Shown: in pieces, positions 8,646-18,821 of the stretch
How positions within the stretch are numbered: the stretch's first letter is position 1
How the letters are laid out: every line of letters begins with the position of its first letter
Assembly (NCBI GenBank): GCA_000182565.2
Contig: KQ257458.1
DNA length: 64,000 nucleotides
Strand: one strand, 5' to 3'
Source of the DNA: Spizellomyces punctatus DAOM BR117
Taxonomy: Eukaryota
Made by a program: the position numbers and the translations under genes
Notes under the pieces: generated by a model
What the model saw: only the letters and a program-made list of their open reading frames with translations
Databases searched by the model: none
What the model was told of the DNA's origin: nothing

Positions 8646-9473
8646 ATGCCTAAAAAAAAGGAATCTATGCCGGCGCAGAGCCAAATGCCGGCAGGCATGC
8701 CTGACATTACAGATGAAGAACAAAGTTTGAATGATGATGATGAAACTAATGACGATGATCATCAAGACTATGTTCAAGAACTTGTAAACAAATATGCCGG
8801 CGCAGAGCCTAATACCGGAGAGGTCAATGCCAGCGCTCCCAAAAAACGAACTGCATCAGAGAAGCAGCGAGCACATTTAGAAAAATCCCGAGAAAAGGCT
8901 CTTCAGGTTAGACGAGAACTCGCCGCCAAGAGAAAAGAAGAGAGAGAACTAGAAAAGAAGAGAAAAGAGGAGGAGAGGATTCTTGCTAAGGCCGAGGCTC
9001 TTAGGGTGGAACAGGAAAAACATGTCGAGGCTAGGCTCCGCGCTGAGGAGGACTTACAAAATACTTCATATAGTCACAAGACTAAAAAAAGAATTAAAAC
9101 GCCGATACCAAAAAAAAGATGGAAGATTGTAGTTGAGGAATCGTCAGACGAAGAAGAAGATGATTCTTCAGATGATTATGAGGAAGTTGTCAAAGTCATC
9201 AAGAAAAAGAGAAATCGCCCCGTTCACCACACTCGCGCAGATGTAGTCCGTTTTAAAAATGGACATGAGTATCCCGGCGCAGAGCCATATGCCGGCAGGC
9301 ATGTCGGGCACGGAGTGGCCAATCCCGGCAGGGATCCCGGCGCAGAGCCATATGCCGGCAGGCATGCCGGGCACGGAGTGGCCTATCCCGGCAGGGATCC
9401 CGGCGCAGAGCCATATGCCGGAAGGCATATCATGCGTACCAAACCACCATCGATCTTTGATGACATTGTATAG
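8646..9473 (+). CDS. Viral charged coiled-coil protein with GC-module insertions
   Basis: ATG at 8646; SEKQRAHLEKSREKALQVRRE followed by an E/K/R coil; 21-aa C-terminal repeats encoded by the 63-bp repeat. Confidence 0.75.
   Translation: MPKKKESMPAQSQMPAGMPDITDEEQSLNDDDETNDDDHQDYVQELVNKYAGAEPNTGEVNASAPKKRTASEKQRAHLEKSREKALQVRRELAAKRKEERELEKKRKEEERILAKAEALRVEQEKHVEARLRAEEDLQNTSYSHKTKKRIKTPIPKKRWKIVVEESSDEEEDDSSDDYEEVVKVIKKKRNRPVHHTRADVVRFKNGHEYPGAEPYAGRHVGHGVANPGRDPGAEPYAGRHAGHGVAYPGRDPGAEPYAGRHIMRTKPPSIFDDIV
9271..9428 (+). repeat. 63-bp tandem repeat (about 2.5 units) built from the GC mini-hairpin modules
   Basis: Units start at 9271, 9334 and 9397 and encode (D/Y)PGAEPYAGRHxGHGVAxPGR. 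Confidence 0.95.
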
Positions 9474-9531
9474 ACCAAATGTCGGCATGCAATTCATTTT
9501 CTAAGCTATGATGATATAAAGGAATAAGAAG

Positions 9532-12500
9532 ATGCCTTTGCCTAATAGCATTCAAGGCACATATACGGTTCGAAGAAATTTAGAAGTCCTAGATAATTTC
9601 AAGTCCGGAAAAGTTAAAGCCAATTCTATCTATGGAGAGAGCCTACGGAATAAAGATGGTATAGTCACTATACTCGATTTGGATAGTCAAATGCCTAGTC
9701 TCTCCATTCAGAAAAATAAAGGTAAATATACCATCTCTCTTGCCGAGACAACTTATGTTTTTCCATTAATTGATGATGAACATGATGTCAGGCTTGTAAC
9801 AGACGATACTCTGCTTATAACAGAAGACGGCTTATCTGTTAAACCAGAGACACTCCTGCAACCTCTCTATAGGGCTCCCGACTCACGAACAGTAAGCCTA
9901 AACATTGATGATGATGAACTAAAAGTTGAGGATGAAAAATTAACAGTCATTCCTTATAACTATGATTTTCCACTCTACAGGGATGCCGAATCACGTACGG
10001 TTGGTTTACAAGCAGATGATACTTTGCTTATAACTGAAAATGGTCTATCCGTCAATTTCCCTGCTCCTGAGACGCTGAAAAAGCCGTTGTATCGTGACCA
10101 GAGTGTCCTTGGAATCAAACTTCATAAAAGTCTAAAGGTTAATAGTTCAGATGAACTCGAAACAAACTCAAGCCAACTGTTCAAAGCATTTGGGGCTATA
10201 AAGACATCCAGCGGTGCGGATATGCTGTTAGACATCGGGTCTTCATGGCTCAACTTTGGATTTGGTAGTCTGACCGAAATGACTAATGTGTTAGGAGAGG
10301 TAGACACCACAGCAATACGCTTAATGGTCGATTCTTCGACATTCAGTCAAGCAGGGTCTCGCTTGAGCCTAAAGTCGCCTGGCTACGAACAAATCCTGTA
10401 TGGGAATCTAACATACGGTTTTTCAGGAAGTCCTTCATTCACCTATTCAACAACACTTTCAGAGTTGCGAGTTCCTAACGTGAAGTTGACCGGAACGATG
10501 CCAGCCTTTGGAGACTCATATGTGGTTTCAAAGGGTTATATGTCCAACTTTTTCGTAGGGTCTCAAACAGGCGCGGTTGCTATAGGGCCCGAATTTTCAA
10601 ATCGAAGAGAAGTCGGAGTACTTGTTGACAACCAAACCATACGAATCATTGGAAATCAACTTGTTTCAGGTTTGATTTTCCAGGATTTTAATGGAGTTTC
10701 GATTCGGGCAGGGACTACTAACGATGTAGTCTTGAGTTTGAAGTGTGAAGCCGGTTCTTGTCTCCAAATGGTGAAAGCGGATACCATTAAAGATGTGCTT
10801 ACTTGCTCAAATGGAGTTGAGCGACTCCAGAACGATATACAGTTGAGTTTGAAATGTGATGCTAATTCAGGGCTTGCAATGTCAGGTCGTGATACAATCC
10901 GCGATACTTTTACAGCATCTCAAGGAGTAACTCGAGTGGGCAACGATTTCAGATTATCTCTTACGGCACAAGGTCCCGACTTAACCCTCAATAATGGTGT
11001 TCTCAGTTCGAACATCGCCGCGGGAATCGGACTCCAGAAAAATGGTGCCGTTTTATCAGCGAATCTACGTGGAATAAATGGTGTCAGTGTTTCGGGAGAC
11101 CTGATTTCGTGTTCGCTTACAGGAAGCGATACCGTTCTCCGAGTTGGTGATATGCTGAAAGGGAATTATATTGGCTTGACAAACTCGTATGGAAGTATCG
11201 TAGTTGTGGGTAACACGATACAGTATAATATGATTCCTCCACAATTCATTAGTAACAGTCCGAATCTTATAATCACAGGAAGTTATCCTATATACAATTT
11301 TACCATCATAGACCCAACTCCACTTTCGAAACAGAAAGATACTGATAATACGGAACAAAGTGATACCGCTGAAGTGTTGAAAACTGATGTTCCGGGAGGA
11401 AATGTGGTTGTTCTTTCTGGCGCAACTCCGTTGACCACAATTCCGTTCCCTTCAATGGTATCACCACCATTAACAGTTCCCCTTGCTGTAAATTCGATTC
11501 TTCCAATTGTCTCGACGTTCCCTTGGGGAATGGTCTTTGGTGGTGAACGCCAGCGAAAAGTAGAAAGAGATGGTGAGGGAAATCCAATACTCGATGGAGA
11601 AGGGAATCCTATATATGAACCGGCTGACCCGGTAACAGGTCAACCACCTTTAGAGCCCGGCTCGAATGTTGCAATTGCATCTGACCCCATCGGAGGGTGC
11701 ACACATCTCTTGTTTGATACGCCTTCATGTTATCAAGGTATCAAATATGAGTACCCTCAGCAAGCAATCAACCTCTCGATGCTAAGGGATTACGATGATG
11801 AAGTCATCAAGCCTTGGGTTGGAAGTCAGATTACGAATTTGACATCGAATAATGTTACATTTGGAGGAAACATCAGCGGTAAACTAATCAGCGGAACCAG
11901 ATTGAGTATTGCTCCGGGAGTGACAGGCAGTTCTGCCGTTTCAACATATTCCACATTCGATGGGGCTAAGAGTACTTGGTTTGGTCTTGACGGAATGGGA
12001 TTTTTAGGCTATAATCCAGGTGCATCAACATGGCTCGGTGCTCAAGATTCATCAATGTTTATTTTTGCATGCGCGGGGAGTACGCCGAATCTTGGGCTCC
12101 GAATCGACACCAATGGTTCGTCAACATTTGGTAAAAACTTAACGGTTGCCGAGGGCGATTTTACCATTGGCACTGCTGTTAACGGGTTGCGTTCTCTTGT
12201 GATTCGTAACACAAGTACTGGAAACAACGCTTGCCCTATTTTGTTTCTCACCAGCGCGACTGGAGTCGCTCCGATATTCCTTAATGGACCAGGTCGAACG
12301 GTCGATGGTGGAGCGAACACTTTAACGGTACGCAATGACTGTGGGTCTGTTCGCGTGCAAGCGCTAGGCGCAAAAGGGTTGAGCATTGCTGGAACAAGTG
12401 GCAACATTTCACTGGATAGCACCACCGTATCAACTTCTCCAATAACAGGCGCCTTTGTTTGTCCAGGAGGAGTTGGTATTGGAAAAGATGTATTTGTCGG

Positions 12501-15205
12501 TGGTAATATCTTTGCGTCCACGAATCTGAAAGTTGCTACAGAATCATTCGTTACGACAGCCGTTGCTTCAAAGCAGAACACATCCCCTTTGCTCGATGCA
12601 ATCAGTGGCTTGTCACCTACACCTAATACCTTCATCATGGGAACGGCTGGAGGTTTCAATGTGACACCTGTTTCTTCAATTCTAGGTGGATACCAACCTA
12701 TTCTAACGAATTCCTCAGCGCTCAATATCTCTTCTCTTACAACAAGCGGCTCAATAATTGTAAATGGCGCCTCTGATATTGTGTTCCATGTTGATAACAT
12801 CGGAAATGGATTGATGACAGGAGGACTGCTTGTCGAGGATGATTTGAATGTAGGAGGCATGATTTACCTTGGAGGTGTCGAGGTAGCCAGCCAACAGTTT
12901 GTTATTGCTAATACAAATCCTATTAGTCAGTCCTTATCTTCACTTCAAACCACTGTCACAAACAACAACAATTCCCTAACGACAGCACTTGCATCGAAGC
13001 AACCCATGAATAGCACGACAAACTCTATCTACACAATGACTGTCCAGCCTGACAGTTGGCTATATTCATCTGGGGGAACGAGTTTCGAGAATGTAACAAG
13101 CGCTCAAGTGAAATCTATCCTCGATGTTGCAACAAATGCTAATGTTAGTTCACTCCTTTCTGGGAAGCAAAGTAGCATAACAACTTCAACAAATTTGTCT
13201 CTGGCAAGTCTCACTGCAAATGGTTATTTAAGCATTGTGAATGCCGCCAATCCAACATACATGTCACTAGTCAACACGGCATCTAATGTGACTTGGGGTC
13301 TTCGAGTGGCTGGTTCTTCAGCAGATGGCTCTAATCCTGCCGGTGGTTTTGGTATAAATTGTTTGTACAATAATGTCGGTTATCTTTTCAAGATTTCTAA
13401 TACAGGAATAACCCAAGTTACATGCACAACAGATTCGACATCCTCTTCTACAGGTGCGCTTCAGGTCTCTGGTGGTATGGGTATTTCCAAGAATCTTTAT
13501 GTTGGAGGAGCCTGTACTCCAATAATGTGAAGGTTGCGACAGAATCATTTGTAACTANNNNNNNNNNNNNNNNNNNNNNNNNNNNNNNNNNNNNNNNNNN
13601 NNNNNNNNNNNNNNNNNNNNNNNNNNNNNNNNNNNNNNNNNNNNNNNNNNNNNNNNNTTCAAAAACAGGCTTCAAGTCCTTACTTGATTCTATAAGTGGC
13701 TCGTCCTCTCAGCAAATTCATTTATCGTTGGAAATCCTACTACTACCTTTGCAGTGAAAACACCTAGTGAAGTAAGGTCTATTCTAGGTATTACAGATGT
13801 TGACCTATCGGGTAAGCAGAATGCAAGTCCCTTGCTTGATTCCATTGCATCGATGTCACCTATGAGCAATATGTTTGTTATGGGAGATGATGTAAATGGA
13901 TTTGTTCTCGAAAATGATACTACAGTCCGAAGTATCTTGAACATTGTTGACTACGCACCAGACATATCAGCACTACAAGCGAACGTCTCTACATTGCAAG
14001 GGAACGTCTCTACATTACAAGCGAATGTCTCTACATTACAATCGAGTATCTCAACAAAACAAGATGTTCTCACAAACAGTAGTCCATTATCGGTGGCAGC
14101 CATCATTTCCAACGATACCGCTGATTCAACATCACCCATCACTGGAGCACTTCAAGTGAAGGGTGGAGCAGGAATCGCTAAGAAACTATGGGTTTCTGGT
14201 GCACAAATGACCGTCCAAAATACTAACTATAGTGTTGGACAAACCAATACCCTCATGTTTTCACACGCAACGCAAAATATATGTTCTATACAATCCTATT
14301 TGCCTGGTAGTAACAATGTAGACCTGAATTTCTATGTCGGACAAAACAACGCATCTATTCAAAGTATGTCGCTTAATGGAGCAACCGGAAATGCTTATTT
14401 TGATAGAGATGTCATCATCGGAAACACCAGTGTAAATGCTTTAAGAAGCATTCAGGTCAAGAATGTAGACACAGGAACAAATGCTTGTTCGATTTTGTAT
14501 CTAACTGCATCCGGTGGTTCGTCTGTTCTTTTTATGAATGGAAGTAATCGTTCAGTTGATGGAGCGCAGAATTGTTTGACTCTTCGTAATGACGTGGGTG
14601 CCTTGCGCCTTCAATCTCAGGGAGCAAAAGGTATTTACGTTTATCCTAACACAGGTAATGTCGTTGTTGAAAGCACCACTCCAGCGTTATTGAGTACAAC
14701 TGGCGCTTTGGTGGTTGCAGGTGGACTTGCGGTCGGTGCCCATGTCGTATCAGGTGGAAACCTTTATGCAAATACAGCGGTCTACGCTAATGGACAAAAA
14801 TGTGCGACTGAACAATGGGTCTCTACACAAGTACAAGCCTTCCCTAAGATTCAGGTGTTCAAGATGCTAACTAAAGATGTAATCACAACTGGTAGCGGAA
14901 CAAAGACATTCTATGTTTCTACAGCCGGCCGGGCATTGATACGCTATACCATCAACTTGCATGGCACCAATAATGCAGGAGGAACGCTCAATGTGTATCT
15001 AGGAACTAATGCCGGTTCGATGCCGTCAGTCTTTTCCAGTGATTTTAACTATAATGCTGGAGTGAACAGAACAATTTATGCCTCATTCATCGTGTCGGGT
15101 TTAGTTCCTGATGTAGCATATTTTACCAATTTTTCAGCAGTAAATGCAGCACCGGACATAAGTGCAGACGTAACAATTATAGAGATTACGGAACTTGGTG
15201 CTTAG
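9532..15205 (+). CDS. Very large fibre/spike-like protein, probably one gene interrupted by an assembly gap and frameshifts at the contig ends
   Basis: ORFs 9532..13530 and 13754..15205 share repeated modules (SKQxxSPLLDxIS; STSPITGA...GGxGIxK; LRS..RN..TG.NAC.IL.LT...DG..N.LT.RND.G). Beta-spiral-like repeats lie at the N-terminus. KVATESFVT continues in another frame at ~13510-13557. Confidence 0.7.
13558..13657. other. Assembly gap (100 N)
   Basis: Run of N. Confidence 1.
13972..14042 (+). repeat. 21-bp tandem repeat encoding LQANVST heptads (coiled-coil stalk)
   Basis: Translates as ALQANVSTLQGNVSTLQANVSTLQSS. Confidence 0.85.
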
Positions 15206-15256
15206 AACTCGAACGAGTGCCGTTATTAAAAAAAATGAAGCTATGAAGACATAAAA

Positions 15257-15565
15257 ATGCAGCGCGCGGACATTGCTGGTCATTCAGTTTTCAATATAAG
15301 AGATGCTGTAAAGGGCGACATGGATAAATTTTGGAAATTTTGTGAAAGTATGTTAAGAGGGGACAAGAGCAGGGTAATTCTCTATTTACCCCAAACACCT
15401 GAAAATGAACATATCTTTCAAGAGATTCTCTCCATCATCCACTTGAAGAAACTCGACCAATTATGCTTCAAGCGTAGTGGTTATCTCGCTATTCTCAACA
15501 ATTTTGTATTGTTGGGTCATTCGAGAAACGAACGGCTGTTTTTTTTAGAGATGAGAGTCAAATAG
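15257..15565 (+). CDS. Viral hypothetical protein
   Basis: 102-aa ATG-started ORF with an A-rich leader, tightly packed with the next ORF. Confidence 0.6.
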   Translation: MQRADIAGHSVFNIRDAVKGDMDKFWKFCESMLRGDKSRVILYLPQTPENEHIFQEILSIIHLKKLDQLCFKRSGYLAILNNFVLLGHSRNERLFFLEMRVK

Positions 15566-15566
15566 A

Positions 15567-15962
15567 ATGCATTTCATATCCGTACGGTCTACCAAAGACG
15601 ACTTTATAACCATGTTTGATGACCTACATCAAGGATCATTCAAAAACATGATCAAAGACTTCTCTGATATTCTACAAACGAAGCAATTCTCGCTGTCATT
15701 TCAAGACCCTACATTATCTGATACAAACCATAATGGCTTCATAAATTATTCGTCTATAGCATTTTTCAGAAATCGAAAGCATCTTATCACCATAAACCTG
15801 AAAACCCTAATGCCTGTCATCAAGGATCCTACGCTAGATAAAAGGGCGATCTGCAAATGCATATTGCAGCATCAGGAAACTCTATTGGACATGGATGACC
15901 ACATTATGAATGTGGGGAAAGAATACGCTCAGTTGAAGAATATTGCTTCTAAAGGTACTTAA
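15567..15962 (+). CDS. Viral hypothetical protein
   Basis: 131-aa ORF starting 1 nt after the previous stop. Confidence 0.6.
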   Translation: MHFISVRSTKDDFITMFDDLHQGSFKNMIKDFSDILQTKQFSLSFQDPTLSDTNHNGFINYSSIAFFRNRKHLITINLKTLMPVIKDPTLDKRAICKCILQHQETLLDMDDHIMNVGKEYAQLKNIASKGT

Positions 15963-15988
15963 AATGCACGCTGAATAATCTTCCACTC

Positions 15989-16369
15989 ATGATAATAAAA
16001 ATGCGCATTTCGATGCGTTGCGATACTTGTACAGGCTTTAGAGAATATCAACTCTGCATATGTCTGAAATGCGCTGTGTATTCCTGCTATGAATGTTTGG
16101 ATAAACTAAAAAACTATTCGCATGGTCGAAATCATGCTATCGTTCATCATGATTGTCAACAGTACATATCTACTGCTTTCGCCGCTCGCCGTGCTGGCAT
16201 CCCTGCCGGGATTGGACGCTCCGCGCCCGGCATGCATGAAGAAAGAAAACGAAATCCCAGGGCTACATGTAAAAAAGTAGCATCAAAAGCGGCGGAAGAT
16301 GCCGGGCGCGGAGCGGCCAATCCCGGCTGGTATGCCTCGAAGGTAATGTTGAGATGGGATGAGTTCTGA
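15989..16369 (+). CDS. Viral Cys-rich (zinc-finger-like) protein with GC modules in its 3' half
   Basis: CDTC..CICLKC..SCYEC..HHDC; an inverted pair of GC modules at ~16196-16233 and ~16298-16336. Confidence 0.5.
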   Translation: MIIKMRISMRCDTCTGFREYQLCICLKCAVYSCYECLDKLKNYSHGRNHAIVHHDCQQYISTAFAARRAGIPAGIGRSAPGMHEERKRNPRATCKKVASKAAEDAGRGAANPGWYASKVMLRWDEF

Positions 16370-16602
16370 CGCCTGAGTTGCCTACATGAAATATGCAACC
16401 AGTTTTTCAGCAGGAAACCAACGAGGCCATTTAAACAGATGCATATTTCTATTTAGTTCTATCTTTTTCATCAATTGAACCAAATTTATACAGCTTTTTC
16501 CCAAAAATCATGGAGTGTATTTTGTGTCCCCCCTCTTTTCTCATAAAAATGCTATGTAGGGAGAACATGTAGCAAGAGCTTCCGTTCTTCGCCGTTCTGT
16601 GA

Positions 16603-17700
16603 CCACTTGCAGCACCCCATGGCAGAGAAATCTTGAAGGAGTTCCTAGCCCAGAAGGGAGCTTAATCTTAAAGTGGGGGAGTGTGACAGAATTCTTCTGT
16701 CAGTGCTATGGTTATACTGGTTAGATGTGGTTCCAAACTAGTGGTCACATGACTTTGCTGATGGTGTCAGCATTCATTTGACCAGAATTAGATAAATAAG
16801 CAGATTTAGCCATTTCTGGCTAAATTAGATGAGTATCCTGACACACTAGCATCTGCCCCTTTTAATCAAGTGGCATAGTGTATTTAGGATGACTTGTCTC
16901 ACTTGTGATTGGCTATAAATGGTGCAATAGGCTGACAAATAGTTTAGGATGACATGTACAAGATCTGATTGGGTAGTTAGGATATAGCATTTGTCAGCCC
17001 CTTTGTCTATAAAAAGAGGACCTCTCTGAGGCCCCTCAAAGGAGGAAAATAACAAGTAGTAACCAACTCTTCCCTAGTTTTCTGTTGTCTTCTTGTCCCT
17101 GCTAGCCTGTTACAATGAGTCTGGATCACAGGTGAGCGGCCTTGCGTTGGTGAGTGTTTGACTGGCATCATTCTCAGTTTTGTGAAGTCTGTTTCTGAAA
17201 TGAGAGAAAAGGTTTCCGAGTAGCTACCTGAGTGGATCTTGGTTTGCACAAGGGTTTCAGTATGACTGAATAAGGTTTTCAGCTGAATTTGAGAGGGGAA
17301 GGCACTTCGTCGTGCTTCTCCACCATGTAACAGATTTTTTTGTTGGTAGACTATGGTAAAGACAACTTGGGTCTCCTAGCAGGTTGTGTAGGTGTCCGTA
17401 CTAGGAATCATAGTCTCCGAATCCTTTCTTTGGGTGTCGATAGCAAATTGGGGGTGAGAGGCAAGGAGAATTGGTTAGTTGTGAACTGAGCAGGATTTAG
17501 AGGCTTCAGTGCAGGTGATCAGGCCGTTGAAGCACTCTGTTAGGTTCCTGTTAACCTAAGATTGGAGTTGAGAAGCTAGTTGTGGGGATTTAGTGTCACT
17601 ATGGCTTCTGCCCCTGACTTATTCTATTGAATACATCCTTTTTATACAAGATTTTTTGGATAAACTGTTAAACTAAACTAAACTAATGGGTGCCACTGCA
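16603..17700 (+). mobile_element. Degenerate Gypsy/chromovirus-like LTR retrotransposon remnant (pol tail, PPT, LTR, PBS, 5' leader)
   Basis: A ...HGREILKEFLAQKGA* tail (chromodomain-end-like) is followed by the purine tract AAAGTGGGGGAG, the LTR, a PBS-like GGTGAGCGGCCT, and a possible truncated gag start near 17685. Confidence 0.6.
16682..17130 (+). repeat. Long terminal repeat (449 bp)
   Basis: TGTGA...TCACA inverted termini and TATAAAA at 17008; no CpG found by eye. Confidence 0.65.
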
Positions 17701-18821
17701 CCGCAACTGATTTATTGGTGGCGGTACTGATCTCTTCCTTTTCCGCACTAGCTCGGGCCTCCACAGGTTGTACGAGGCAGGCTGAAATCTAATGCACCAA
17801 TTGCCATCCTCGAACCGGTTTTTTCGGTCGCGGTAACCCAATCGGTGGAGTTGGTCACGCGATTCGTGCTTCCCGCGTGGCTGACTCGCGATCTCTCAAA
17901 GACGTCCTCGTCGTTACAGGCATGATGATTGGAATAGAAAAATGGATGAAAACCTGGGAAATGGGCAGAGAAGGCGGGTTTATATAGAAATATGACAACT
18001 GCGCATTGGACCCGTTTTTCAATGGTGGAGCAACTGCAGAATCAATCATTTATTGCCGCACATATTGGACCCGTTTTTTTGTTTATCTTCGTGAGGTTCA
18101 CAATAAATGTGGTTAATTCAACTGGCTGCAATGCTCCGTGGCACTGACATTTCTATTTTCCCACATTCGAGTGTGGCGCAGTGGGATTGGTCATCAGGTC
18201 CCGCTTGTGAAGTGGTCAACAACAAGCGAACAAACGAGAACTGGCGTGCTGAACATTTTTGAAGGCCTTTTGATTTTCTTTGAACCTAAACTGTAAACCT
18301 CATCGGGATACGATAGGATAACCACAGAAACCTCCCAACCGACGATACGTCACGAAAATGTCGGCCTTAAAATACCTGCGAGCCCGCTTTACCGTGTTTT
18401 CCCATGTTCACCGATACAAGGGTGTCAATGGTGGAGTGCGCAAGTTGAAATGCTGGTTTAGGAGAAGTTGGATGAGCGGGTATCTATGACGGGAGGAGCT
18501 TGGAAGGAACTTGTCTTGGAAGAGGATAGTCAACAAGGGATGAATGTATTGAGCATGGTGCATCAACAGGGCCGTTCAAGGGAATGTGTAAATATGGTAT
18601 CAGCAATCAATTATGATATTAAATTCTATGGTACTTCCACAGATTGGTCTCATTCACTACAAGAAGGCTGATTCTGAGTGTTACTACGATATACCGTTCA
18701 CATCAAAACCTCATTTCTAAATCGCCACACTGGGATATAAATGACCTTCTTTCGGGTTATCGTTTACACAAGACGGTATCCTCATCTTATACTGATGGGA
18801 GATGCCTGGTGCATATTACTT

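Larger units (their letters stand above)
1..16600. mobile_element. Endogenous Polinton-like virus (PLV)/virophage-like element; left end outside the window, right end approximate
   Basis: Compact intronless ORFs, AT-richer than the flank. Contains adjacent MCP-like, A32-type ATPase and penton-like genes plus fibre and replicase-like ORFs. Switches abruptly to LTR remnant and spliced host genes after ~16600. No terminal inverted repeat or target-site duplication can be verified here. Confidence 0.9.

Noticed and set aside
9168-9504. Overlapping ORFs 9168..9497 (-), 9259..9504 (+) and similarly 2748..3035 (+)
   Set aside because: They are by-products of the stop-free GC modules read in other frames.
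13500-13760. Programmed frameshift or true pseudogenisation of the fibre gene
   Set aside because: All indels lie within ~100 nt of the assembly gap, where base quality is usually poor.
1-16600. Classical Polinton/Maverick, true virophage, or bacterial prophage contamination
   Set aside because: No cysteine protease or retroviral integrase is visible and there is no terminase, portal or Shine-Dalgarno pattern. The class could change once the left part is seen.
18005-18080. Short direct repeat ATTGGACCCGTTTTT (two copies)
   Set aside because: Only 15 bp and two copies, with no supporting context.
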